From Neophaeotheca triangularis (lineage: Eukaryota): a stretch of DNA of 64,000 nt. The position numbers were made by a program, and so were the translations under genes. The stretch's first letter is position 1. Each line of letters begins with the position of its first letter. The notes beneath the pieces are model-generated. The model saw only the letters and a program-made list of their open reading frames with translations, was not told the DNA's origin and did no database searches. Shown here piece after piece: positions 11,048-22,675 of the stretch. Where the stretch lies: contig BAAIJX010000025.1 in NCBI GenBank assembly GCA_054600435.1, positions 248,001-312,000 on the forward strand, given 5' to 3'.

Positions 11048-12859
11048 TCAAGGCGTAACCTCAGACCCACTCGGCCTCTTCTTCCTCCCCAGCAACCTCT
11101 CCATAAAACTGGCCTTCCGACCCTCGCTCCTAACCGTCGCCGTCACACTCCCAGCACTCGCGCTCGTCGCCGGCGGCCCCTCACTGCCCGTAGCCTCCAC
11201 CTGAACACCCACACCAACAGGCGTCCGAGGCTCAGTCGGAATACCCGCCTGGCTACGGGCCGCACGCTCTTTAGCCACATTGCCACGATCTCTCCACTCC
11301 TTCTCGCGCTCGTGCTGGGCATGTAATAGCGGATGTAAGCTTTGAAACCCTCTGGCTAGCTCCGAGCACGTCAACTGCTGGGCGATGTAGAGTTGGAAGA
11401 CGAGGAAGCTGTTTAGGGCTTCGTCGGTGATGCAGAGGCCGTGCAGGAATTCTAGAGCGCGGCGTTGGCGGGCAGTTGTTGCTGCGGGTGTGTGCATGTC
11501 GTTGGAGGTGGCTTGAAATGTGTGGGAGGCTCTAGGAGTGAAATGGCTGCGGAGTTCTTCGTTGCGGTAGCGGTCGTTCAGGGCGGAGAAACGGCCGGCC
11601 CAGTAGGCGGTTGGTTCGTAGCTTGAGAGCGTGCCTGGGGGTGGGCTGTTGGCACGAGAAGGGGGCGCGGTGGTGGCGAGAGATGGTGGAGGTGCGCTTG
11701 GGCCAGGACCGGCTGAGGAGTTGGTGAGGGTCGGGCTTTGCTCACTTCGCTGGCGGATGTGGCTGGAGTTGTTGGTTGATTGTCGACGAGCTGGCGGCAC
11801 TGCGGTTTCTGATATCGTCAATGGCGTCTGCGGAGGAGGCGGCGTAGGAGGGGCTCGTGTGGAGAGCAGTCGTGGTTGTTTGATTTCGCCATGAGTGGAA
11901 CGTCTTGGGTTGGGCTGGGGAACCAAAACAGGCTGCGAGGTCCACCTTTGTACCGGTGCTCCAGGAGTCGGCAAACGCTCTGCACTTGGTTTGTACGCGG
12001 GACTGCTCAGAAATGGTTTTGCGCGGAACGCTGGGTGACGGGAGTACCGTGACAGTGGGAGAGATGATAGTGACTCTTGTGGCTGTACCGTGTTTCCCGA
12101 AAGGCTCTCCTGGGACTCAAGCCAGCCCTCTCCAACGGCTGCAATCTTCGCGGGAGTCGAGGGGCCGCGAAAGGCATTTCTCCATCCTTTCTTTGGCGTT
12201 GACTTTTCCGGACTGAAAGCAACATTCTCTTTGAATGCAGTTGACCGAGGGATGTGACATGATTCTTCGGCATCGACTCGAAGAAGGGGCATGGTGTCTG
12301 AACGCTGAAGCTGCCTAGAGATGTGGACTCTGCCAATGGCTGATGTTCCTCCGACACCAACACCTACATGCTTTCTACCCGTGGTTGGAGGTGAAGGGAT
12401 GCGTGACGGAGGCCGTATGATGGAAGGTAGACGGTTGTGTGATTTGGAGACTACCATTGATGTTGGCTTCTTTGTACGTGAAGGCAGAGGTAAATTGCTG
12501 AAGGTGCGACTGCGTGGTAGATTACTGGCCTTCTCATCGGCCAGGTGCATGTAGTTGGCACGTTTCGAGGAAGGGAGGTCGGGCATAGGCTCCGTGCTGG
12601 GTTCTGGTGGTGGTTGAGGGCCGTACGTGATATTTTGTGTGGGAGAGTCGGAAGCATCGAAGCTGCGTAGTCCTACGCTCGTGGTTCTGCGGCTTGTCAC
12701 TGATACTTTGCTGGAGGAGGTGGCATTGCTGGTGTCGGTGGTGTTGTTGGATCGACGGCGGTTGAAGGGGTTGAGCGCTTGGAAAGAAGCAATGGATGCG
12801 AGGCGTGGCAGAGATGGTCGATTGGAGTCTTCGCTCCCCTGGCTTTTTCTGGAAGGCAT
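11048..12859 (-). CDS. Pro/Ser-rich, largely disordered hypothetical protein with a small conserved C-terminal helical domain
   Basis: 603-aa ORF from the first ATG at 12859 (MPSRKSQ..). C-terminal YEPTAYWAGRFSALNDRYRNE..RRALEFLHGLCITDEALNSF resembles a motif found in Pezizomycotina hypothetical proteins. Confidence 0.8.
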   Translation of the reverse strand: MPSRKSQGSEDSNRPSLPRLASIASFQALNPFNRRRSNNTTDTSNATSSSKVSVTSRRTTSVGLRSFDASDSPTQNITYGPQPPPEPSTEPMPDLPSSKRANYMHLADEKASNLPRSRTFSNLPLPSRTKKPTSMVVSKSHNRLPSIIRPPSRIPSPPTTGRKHVGVGVGGTSAIGRVHISRQLQRSDTMPLLRVDAEESCHIPRSTAFKENVAFSPEKSTPKKGWRNAFRGPSTPAKIAAVGEGWLESQESLSGNTVQPQESLSSLPLSRYSRHPAFRAKPFLSSPAYKPSAERLPTPGAPVQRWTSQPVLVPQPNPRRSTHGEIKQPRLLSTRAPPTPPPPQTPLTISETAVPPARRQSTNNSSHIRQRSEQSPTLTNSSAGPGPSAPPPSLATTAPPSRANSPPPGTLSSYEPTAYWAGRFSALNDRYRNEELRSHFTPRASHTFQATSNDMHTPAATTARQRRALEFLHGLCITDEALNSFLVFQLYIAQQLTCSELARGFQSLHPLLHAQHEREKEWRDRGNVAKERAARSQAGIPTEPRTPVGVGVQVEATGSEGPPATSASAGSVTATVRSEGRKASFMERLLGRKKRPSGSEVTP

Positions 12860-15800
12860 GCTGCGTTGTGTGTGTCGTTCATGAAAGACGGTCGAAAACA
12901 CTTGGAGTGCGCAGAACAAGTTGTAAAAGAAGAAGAGGGTGCAATGGTCGGAAAGTGACAGGAGGTAACATGGTCGTTGTTGCCGAAAAGAGACGAGATG
13001 GTTCTCTGGTCGTCACCTTCCGTTGCAATACCTACCTTAGGTAAGGTTAGGTAGGTAGCTCTCCAATGCACCTGCCGGGCCATGTTAGGCAAGGGAAACA
13101 ACGAAGTAGGCCGCAGTCCGGAAACGATAAAATCGATAAAAATGTCAAAGGCAAAAAAGATCTCGTCGCCGCCCTCGTGACTCGAACCCTGGTTCCATAC
13201 CGGCAAAAAAGGTGCAAAAAGAAGCACCCACCCCCTCTGATGCCGTCGACTCCCTCCAACGTCTGAGAACCGACCACGCTTTGGCATGGCACTACCCCGA
13301 TCCCACTGCGGCCCCAAGGCCGAGTGTCTCAGTATACCCGTTGGAGAGATCACAGATCAGACACCTAGGGATTCTTGCTTTGCATTCCCGATTGGGGAAA
13401 GGAAAGAAGGCTTCCCGTTTCAGAAGAAACTTACCAGTCAGCTAGAGTGCTGGAGCTGGATAAAGTGAAGCCGCATATTTGAAATATATAGTCTTGAAAA
13501 TGACCATCACGGGCGAGGTGAGGAGCCTGAGGCAGCGAAATAACTTACCTATGTTCTAGCCATGCCCCCCTTGGAAGCATTGTCTGGCGCCTGCTTCGAT
13601 ACTTGATCAAGTGGTAGAAGCTGGGAACATACAACCAATAAACTCAATAGCACAGTACACACGAACCAGCACTCCTCCATTTCTACAACGTCTAACCCTT
13701 GCCTCGTACTGGCTTGGACACCTCACCTGGTAAATCGCAACATCCCCATAGCACCACCACTCAACAACAGCATTGAAGGCTTGGTCGACGATCACTCGTG
13801 CTGCACCAGCGCTCGCCAATACGGCGGCTCGTAGATATCAAATGAAAGTAGCGCATGAAGTCATCTAAAAACAACCGACGGGATTGGAGCGCTTGCAGCA
13901 TCAGGTAGGTCTGGCCAGCGAGACGCTCCTAAAATGTCCAGACATCAAACACCCCATGGCGCTCAGGGTCGGTTTGGGAAGCTCACTGGCAGCGCTCCAA
14001 GGTACAGTGTACTGTATAGGTCCGGCCAGACGCGTTGCTGATGATGCGTGGGCGATCGAATCTGGGCCAACGATTCTCTCATTTCGCTTGCTCTTAGTCG
14101 TCTCGCCAAAAGAGAATGAGAATGAAATAGCCATGATCGTCTAAAGGGCGTTCAACGACTCGGTGGTTCTCGTTGGGCTGAAATCCTAGGTTTTTCCCCC
14201 AAGCTTATTACCATGTGTCCCGTTGCGACGCCGTGGAATGCCTCGATTTGTCCCTGTGAGACCGTTCTGATAGTGATTGCAGGACTTCTGGTAGTGACCG
14301 GTCGGTCACCGGGCGGCTTGAGGAAGTCTTCATCGTCAAACCAGTGGCATCGTCGTATTGGCAGGCCTTCTCACCGGCCCAAGGCGCCAGTGTTTCCTTT
14401 TGGCCAAAGCAATGGCTGATGGAATCGTCTCTGCCTGAGCTTTAATCGAGCACGACAAGCAGTGAAAGAGGATGACACGAAAATTAAAAAAAAGCTGAAA
14501 CAAAAACAGCATACATAAATAAACATACTTGCCCATCCCCAAGAACGCAGCCTCATGAGACCCCACCACCGGTTCCAGTCTCAGCAGCAAGACTAGTCCC
14601 AACTAAATGTGAAATCTTGCAGCATGCTTGCATGAAGAACCCTGCCCACGGTACGGCATGTGTGATGCGCAGGAGCACACGAGGCACAGCAGCGGAGCGT
14701 CTTCAAGCGATATGCTCCTCTAGCTCGCGCCCGCCTGCGAGGATCCGTCCGTCGGGGGTGCGTGATGTGATGTGGGCGTTGCCTTGCCGTGGGTTCAGAC
14801 GATGGTGCGGACCAAGCTGTCGGTTTACCGTTGTGGCGGACGCGGGCCCAGCATGGATGGGGAGCTGGGTGGTTTGATTGTTGCCTGTCTCAGGGGGTTC
14901 TCTGAGTTGATCTCGTCGAAACCAGGATTCGTCGTCTGCTAGGTACTCCGGAAGTGAGTCGAGAAGCGGCGTCTGTGTGTGTTGATGGTAGTGGGATGCT
15001 CGAGCTTCGTGAGCCGTGTGTGCTACCAGGGTGTGGTAGTAAGGCTTGAAGGTCGAGGTACTTGGTAGGACGGCTTGACTGACAATGCACTGTCAATAAG
15101 TTAGGTACTCGACAGCAATTGTGAGGCATGATATCAAAGGCAAGACAGCACGCGGTTCGACGCTCACGGGCGCCCGCATCTCATACATGGCTGGCTACGG
15201 TACATAGCAACCAAGTACATGTAGTATTTCTACCTACTGTACATACGGTACCTACTTACTAATTACTCTTCAAGATCAGACTAACTACTGCTGTGCCGCC
15301 AGCCTCACCACACGAGCTTCATCAAGACCCCTTTCCTACCTGGGCTAGGCTATTTCACTGCTAACCTACTTCCAAGGGTACCTTACCTTAGGTTAGTGCT
15401 AGTATGACGAGACGTCAGCCCTGGATCGTTCCAAGCGGCCGTCACCCTAAAAGCCGCTCGCCGTTTGGATCATACCAAGCGCAGATGCTAGGTACCTAAG
15501 CTGGGTACCGGCATCAGGTAAGCACTGGGGAATCTGCCCGTGGTGTTGAAGTTGGGGAAATAATGTGTCGAATGGGTGAAGTTACCTTGTGGGTGTTGAG
15601 GGCAGGTGGTAAGGTCAATAGGCGTTAGGGTACTGGTACCTAACTGTAGGTAAAGGTGTGATGGCGCTGCTACGCCTTTCTTCCTTCCAAGTCAATAATG
15701 GACGGAGAAAATAATAATACATGCATGCTAGCAAGTGACCAAAGCGTACCTAGCTAATAATAATAAGGACTCTGAGGAGGGCCTGGTTTAGAAAACAAAC

Positions 15801-16195
15801 CCCTTCCAGTACTTGCTTATAGGCTTGGGCTGCCGTGTAACCTTCGCTAGAACTACCAACTAGTGAGGGAACCAGCACGCGGCTGTCGAGTCTATTTGAC
15901 ATCTTCGCAAGCGTAGGTACATTAGCTGCCGCTCGTTTCTTCACGCTTGCCAGCGATCTCTCCTGGGGTCTGGGTCGTGAGCTAGCCGCGAAGCGTGGAC
16001 GACAGGGATATCATCAATGGTACATTTCACTTAGCACCCTTGGGTTGGGACCTGTGCAGCAAAGGCGACTTTTGATTGGAGCGCATTCCATTCCCACACA
16101 TATCAACGTTAGAACGAAGAGTTTTGATCAATCTATTGACTCGCTCGCGGCCTTCTCGTACAATTACAGTTTCGTGCACGCCCACGCTCTCACTC

Positions 16196-16197
<2 letters not shown>

Positions 16198-16227
<30 letters not shown>

Positions 16228-16230
16228 CAC
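16198..16230. repeat. Compound microsatellite (TAC)7(CAC)4
   Basis: Read directly; lies downstream of Con7. Confidence 0.9.
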
Positions 16231-16592
16231 TGTAGTTCGCGCTCACGAAACCGATTGAGCGACAAAGATCGAAACCAACAAGAATGCATCCAAATAAAGA
16301 ATAGTGCCGGATTTGTTGCGATGCAGCAAGCCTTGCAAATTGCCCCCCTCCTCCCAAACAGATGATGACTGCTTTGTCTGGTATCACCGGCCGTAAAATC
16401 TTGCATCAACATGAAAGTATCAGCCCGCCGCTTGACGCCTGCAAATGCTGCGCACCGCCCACTCCAGAACAAGGCTAGCCGCCCCGACCATGCTTGAAAT
16501 ATGTGTATGCAAATGTGCCCGCCGACCTCAGTCTATACGTTTGTCCGTACTAGCGAATAGTGAAATGCATCATCTCTCCATTGACTCGGTGA

Positions 16593-18232
16593 TTATTGCT
16601 GTTGGTAAGGTTGGGCAGGCTGCTGCTCAGGGTCTGTGACAGGGTCAGTTGGTGGGCCGCGACTACCGATGGACAATGGGTGGAGCCTTACGCTGCTGGT
16701 ATTGTATGCCATTCTGAGCGTACGGGCTCTGTGGGTACCCTTGTGGTTGGGCTTGGTACATTTGACCGTGACCATTGCTGGCGTACTGCTGAGCTCCGTC
16801 CACTTGCTGAGGCTGCGAGTAATGGCTGGGAGGCTGCCCGGCGGACTGCTGGTAGGCAATGGGCGGCAGTTGAGGGGCCATCATGTGCTGCTGACCATAC
16901 TGGGCTGGCTGTGCTTGTTGAGGTGTACCGTCTTGTCCGCTGCGCGACGCATCTTGCCTCTGACGCTCGTCGTCCTGCTTACGCTGTGCATCCTCCTCCT
17001 TCTTCTTGGCCTTCCATTCCTTCCTGATCTCCTTGAATTCTGTGACCAAATGTTAGCGTCAGATCATGCAAGAACCACCGGCTGTTAGTGTAACGCTAGG
17101 GGACCAAGTTAAGGGCTTTGCAGCTAGCGCCCGCTTAGCTGGCTGTTGGCGCACGCAACCGGTAACAAACATCACGAATGTGCGCAACGCGTCGCGCGTG
17201 TACACTAAAGAAAGTCATAAACTTACCTTCTGGTGTCCGCTTCGTGCCGTGAGACTGCATGGTCACATGTGCGTTCAAGTGGTTCAGAGTGCCATAGGCC
17301 TTTTCGCAACCGTTCCATCCACATTTGTACATGCGCTCGATCTCTTCGTAGCGCCTTCTCGGACGCTTGTGTTGCTGCGCGCCGGGAATAGGCACAAAGG
17401 AATAGACGGTGGACAGAGGGTGGCCGCCCTGAGGCTGAGTGTTAGCAAGCAACGTTCGCGACGCGCAAAATGAGGCTGTATATACCGTTGGTGGCCTAGG
17501 CATGGTGTGCGCGACCATGTTGGGCGCTGCTCCACCTGTTGTCGCGGGCGAATTGTACTGCATCTGTTGCGCGTATTGCGGTCCAGCCCATTCTGGCCTT
17601 GCATAGCCTGGCATTGGCTGGGCTTGATACTGCGGCATTTCATGTTGGGGTGGGTAGGGCGAGTATTGGTGCGGCGGCGGATACGTTGGGCTTGATTGCG
17701 CGATGGTGGGATCTATGGCGACACCGCCGTCAGACTTCTGGTTGTTCGACGCGTGGCCGTTCATGTGCTGCCCATCAGGCATGTGGAGAGACGGACTTGA
17801 TGTTTGCGCCATTGGAGGAGGACCGCCCGGCGCGCTTGGCTGATAGCGCTGCTGTGGAGGCTGCCCTTGAGTATCGGCGTAGGAGCGCTGAATGTACTCT
17901 GGGAAGGAACCCGAGCGCGCAGATTGCGGCAAGCCGTACTCGGAGTTTGGCGTCGCCGAGGAGGAGAAGTTGGACTGCTTGTAGTCTTGGGCGGGTGTGG
18001 GTTGGTATTGGACAGCAGATGCTTGATCTGCGGATGAGGCTTCAGACTGGTGGCCGTTGTAGGGCGCGTAGGGCGAGCTCAAACCTGACTGCGAATACTC
18101 GGGCTGTCTTGCGTCCATTGGCTGCGGTGGTGGTGGGGGGTTGCCTTGGTGCAAATGAGATGCTAGGATGGCGCTGAGCGACGAGTCGGCTTGGTTCTGA
18201 TGGGCGGGTGACGTTGTGTACGACCTTGACAT
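16593..18232 (-). CDS. CON7: C2H2 zinc-finger transcription factor Con7-like. Exons 18232-17486, 17434(or 17428)-17227, 17039-16692, 16633-16593
   Basis: GGHPLSTVYSFVPIPGAQQHKRPRRRYEEIERMYKCGWNGCEKAYGTLNHLNAHVTMQSHG.KRTPE|EFKEIRKEWKAKKKEE is the Con7 signature; Q/P-rich flanks. Introns 17485-17435, 17226-17040, 16691-16634 have canonical signals. The start codon is uncertain (18232, or the downstream MDARQPEYSQSG). Confidence 0.9.
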
Positions 18233-18516
18233 GCTAGGTCCTGGGGAACTAGTGGTGTGCTCTAAGCAGAGACCGGCGCGATGGCGCGTTGCGGAGTATA
18301 ATAAGTGCCCGTGTGAAAAGAAACCGGAGCAAAGGCTGATTTGTTTTGGTCGGTCGTTCACGCGCTTCCTCGGTAGCTCGAGCTTCAAGCGCGGATGATG
18401 TGCAGTAAGTTGAAGTAACTCTGCAAAGCAAGCTCCACCCAAATGCTTCTAGCGCGGCGTTGGTGGAGCACGAGAGGGCAGTCGGGCGCGGAAAAGGTTG
18501 GTGACGGTGAGGGCGG

Positions 18517-18545
18517 GCGTGCAGCGTGCAGCGTGCAGCGTGCAG
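18517..18545. repeat. Heptamer tandem repeat (GCGTGCA)x4
   Basis: gcgtgcagcgtgcagcgtgcagcgtgcag, in the Con7 leader/promoter. Confidence 0.85.
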
Positions 18546-19099
18546 TGCGTGAGAGGCTCGGGCGGTGGGGGGTTGGCGAGCGCAGTAGTGCTTCGCGGGC
18601 GACGGCGGTGACAGATGAGACTTGCACAGGAGAGGTTAAAGGCGACGGGCGGCGGCGGGCGCAGGTGCGTGCAGAAAGCAACAAAGCACGGTGCTAGCAG
18701 CGAAAGTAGTAGAAGTGGACAAGCCGGTAAGGTCGTGGTAGAGAGTCGTGCTAGTGCTTGGTTTGCAGCAGCGTAATGTAAAAGTGTGGTATCGTGGCGC
18801 TCGTGGCCCTGGAAATAGCGTGGGACCAGACCCCGATACGGTTGGCGCAGGAGACAGGGTGCGTGCGATGCTGGCGCCGCTATAATACCTTACTTAACCT
18901 TTGAAGTTTGGAGGAAGTCCAAATGTGAATGGGGCGGGGCGCACCACTCTCACTCTTGTTGATGAGCGTTGTCGTCTTTGTTTGATGTTACTGTCGTCGG
19001 GTATTGTATGGTCGTCGTCGTCGATGGCGGTGTGGGTGGTGTTATGCTGAGGTCGGGTGTCGGGTCCCGTGTGTGAGATAACAGAAAATGAAGTGGCAG

Positions 19100-19126
19100 G
19101 TGACGAGTGACGAGTGACGAGTGACG
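19100..19126. repeat. Heptamer tandem repeat (GTGACGA)x~4
   Basis: gtgacgagtgacgagtgacgagtgacg upstream of Con7; each unit contains TGACG (a bZIP half-site-like sequence). Confidence 0.85.
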
Positions 19127-19701
19127 CTCGGAGAAGCACGACGGGAAGGAACTAGGTGAGGTACCTAGGTAAGGTACTGTCGCTGCTGCTAGCCTCTTTT
19201 GACACAAGAGCGGATGTGGTGCCAGTAGTAACTACCTAACCTTAGTAGTAGTTAGTGGTGGTGGAGAAAGAATTTTACGCCGTCGCAAGCTGCTCGGAGA
19301 AAGTGCAGGGTTGGTTGATGAGTCCGTGCACCAACGTCTTGGCGAGCATTCGGCAACTGATGGTAGGAGGTAGTACCGTCCCAAACGTCCCTAGGTACCT
19401 ACCTACCCTACGGTACCTAGGTAGTAGCATGGCATGGCAGTGGGCAGTGCCGCAGGGAGCACTGAGCACCTCCAATAGTTAGGTACATACTGTAGATAAA
19501 AGGCACGATAGGATACGTATTTTACTACTACCTTACCATAGACATGTATCAAGGACATGGACGGGCAGGCAAATCGGACGCTATCTGTCTGCTTGGCGGG
19601 GCGACGGTGATGATAATCGCTTAGGTAGCGGTGACTACATAGTAGTGTCGCAGCCCTACGAGCAGCCTAAGCAATACCAAATACAGTGGTGTGGCAATAC
19701 T

Positions 19702-19743
19702 AATAACAATGATAATAATAATAATAATAATAATAACAATAAT
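19702..19743. repeat. Imperfect (AAT)n microsatellite
   Basis: Read directly. Confidence 0.9.
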
Positions 19744-22675
19744 GCCTTGCACTCATCATTATTTATTATTATCATCCCCTTTTCCTACCGAGCGTCCGGA
19801 GACTGGGGCCCCCTGTGCGAAGAGATTCGAATGTCGCTCGCTTAAAGGCGCGTGCGGCTAAACTCGCTAGTAAGCTCAGAACCTAGCCCGAAACCCACAT
19901 CTTCCCTTGAGAATCTACCCCCTACGAGCCTACAAGGAAGTCCATAGTGATCGATGGTTATCGCTACTACTTAAGGGAGGAGGTCGTCCGGCGAAGGTCT
20001 GGAGTTTGCACGCCTTCACTGGTTCGCACAAATGGTGGTTGAAATCTAGGTGGGGTCGAGGTCGAGGGGTCTGCAGCCGCTCACTCACCGCTGCGAGCCT
20101 GCGCCGAGCCGTGAAAGAAATAATCTCTCGACCGGTTCCGTCCTCGACCTCTCGGCAGCAGGTAAACGAGCAGTAATCCTCCTCTGCTGCAGCCGATGCC
20201 TGCTACACACACAACCGTCAGGGCGGTGGCACTGCGGACATGATGATTCGTATTGATCATCAGCCCAAAGAAGCAGGCCATGACCGTGCCCGCGGCCGCC
20301 GGAGTAGACGACCCAATTGCGTGAGGGAGGTTTGGAAAGTATCAGCGACGGCCTTGGCTGGTTTGATGGTGCACGTGAGTACTGTCTTTTACCGATATTT
20401 CGCTCTTCGCCGGGCGAGCTTTGGGGATTGTCACCGCTCCAAACTCACGATCTACTCCTAAAAGTCCTTGCCCAAGGCCGCAGGCGTGGGATCCTCTATC
20501 CTATTCGCACTCAAACTTTGTGAGCCCATCCTACGTTCTCGTAGAGGAAGATCTTCCATCTCCCGCGGAGTGGCACGTCGTGGTCCAACCATTAACATCT
20601 CTCTCCCTCTCATCATGAACAACTGTTCACCCCGTCATGTTCGGCGCCCCTGCGGTCCCATGACGATGCATCGACGACCGAGGCTTATCTTGGGACGAAT
20701 GAACACATACTTTCGCCAGCACACGAGGTCAGCTGGCTCGCCCAAAAGGTAGCCACCGGGAGACTGCGAGCGCACAGCTACAAGCCCGTGCGATCGATCA
20801 TCGCTGACACCAGCCAATTACACAAGGCAAATGCCGCGAGCACACCAGAATGGATGGCTAGTCATGGCTGTAATCAAGCCCGCTGATGGCCCATATGATA
20901 GCGGAGGGAGGTCTGCATACGGTGAGGTTCCCGCCGAGAAGACGTCGGTCTAAATCTGCACACGACAGTGACAACACTGCGTCGATTAGCGTTCGGCATA
21001 TTGCTCGCTGACTTTAGAGTCGACCAAGAAACTTACCTGCTCCCCCATCCTCTTTCGTCACACAGTCTAGCGTGCCGACCTTAACTACTTTGGCCGCTCA
21101 AAAATTTCGAAGCAACGACGGTCTTTGATAGCGCGCACATAGCGGCCGATCGCATCGTTCCTTAACTTCCTTATTATCAACGTCCTCTGCAACGCGGGGC
21201 ATGTCTCTTCATTCTGAATATACACATAGCTCTACATCCAGCCTCCTTTCCCCAACAAGCTCTTCGCCCGATCATCAGCGGTCTTTATGAAACTCGTCGG
21301 CTCCACATGACTAACCCCAATGACACGTGTGTTTCCCAGGCGGCCGAGGTTACTGCTTCGCATTGTGTAATAACGGGGGGTAAGGAGTCTGCCCTGGTCT
21401 GCCCAGGACACCAGGTGACTGACCCCTGTGCCGTCACCCCTGCCCTTTGCGCTAAACCCTGGACAGCTGCATGTTTGTACCTCGACGGACTCAAGAAGGG
21501 CAGATGGCATTTTACAATCTCGATGGTGTAGTTAGGTATACTATAGTACTGTGGTCTTTTTGTGTTTCCGCAACACTCGTTGAAAGGTACCCACGGAAGC
21601 AGCTCTGGTCGTTGGCCTTTACTGTCGATGAATAATTGCGCTGGAGTAATGTTGTTTTCTTACACCCCTACTCGACGCTCGGAAGTGATGAGAGACTTCT
21701 GTCACACCCATACACCTGGCATGCGAACGATTGCGGGGACATGTATTGACGCGTAATGGTAGATTGGCGCGAACACCATAGTCAAAGCCTACTGCATCCC
21801 AATCATTCCCCTTTTACAATTGGGAGCAGTTCCTCAGTAGCTGATGAGCAACTTCGGAGCTGAAGTCTTCTAGTCAACCGTCAGGTGTTCCTGTTGTTCC
21901 GTGATGTAGTCCCAAGCATTGTCGTTGTCCCTGGAACAAAGCTTCGATTGAAGAGCTGAGACAATTGAGCCGCTTCTTATACAAGCCGTCGTCTTGAGCA
22001 GTAACGACCACCTAAGTTGTCTAGTCAATCTTAAGAGCTGATCAGCCACCATGCTAATTGTACCATGGACCTCCGACACAAACAATTCACGGTGCACAAA
22101 CTATCGAGAAGACTCTGCGTTGGAGACGCCATCTAAGAATCCGTAGCATGAAAACGTGGGCAATTTAGCTGCTTGTTTTAAGAAGCGTCAGTCTGGTTTC
22201 AAGAGGAATGGGCTAGGTGAACACAACGAATCATGCTGAAGAAGCGACGCGGTGAACTGTCGAAACGACATCCAACAGCACAGGTTTTGCGACTCCAGGC
22301 TGGTGCCAGTAGCCTATATGTGCTCGTAGTATGTACATAGTAGGCACGGTAGGCGGGCAGGTAGTAGTACTCGTCGCAGACCTCCTGCGTAGACACTGAT
22401 TGGAACCCAAACCCTGACCCTGATCCGATAGCACCCCTTTCGATTGTGGCGATTTCGCGTTTGTATCGCGAGTTTAACATCGTTGTGTAGAGACGTGAGA
22501 GGGGAGCATGACCTGGTCGAGAATCTCTCGTGCAACAGGTTAGAGTGGAAAGGGAATAACACCTGAGTGGGAAGTTGCAACTTCACTTTACAATTTGGCC
22601 CCCACTTCCCTTAGGTCTTGCTTCACTTTCCGCTAAAGGCCTATATTCGCACCAACTTCAATTCCATACCACAAC

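Noticed and set aside
15624..15631. Telomere-like GTTAGGGT (possible telomerase RNA template ACCCTAAC on the minus strand)
   Set aside because: A single 8-mer is expected by chance, it adjoins a TACCT/AGGTA cluster, and no pseudoknot or CR4/5 domain is recognisable by eye.
15518..15649. Plus-strand GTAAGC..CCTAAC-TGTAG intron-like signal downstream of Con7
   Set aside because: The branch-to-AG distance is very short, the signals are by-products of TACCT/AGGTA-rich sequence, and there is no ORF.
21870..22586. Short minus-strand ORFs upstream of the BTB gene (75-93 aa)
   Set aside because: They have non-ATG starts, no codon bias and no motifs, and I could not join them with credible introns.
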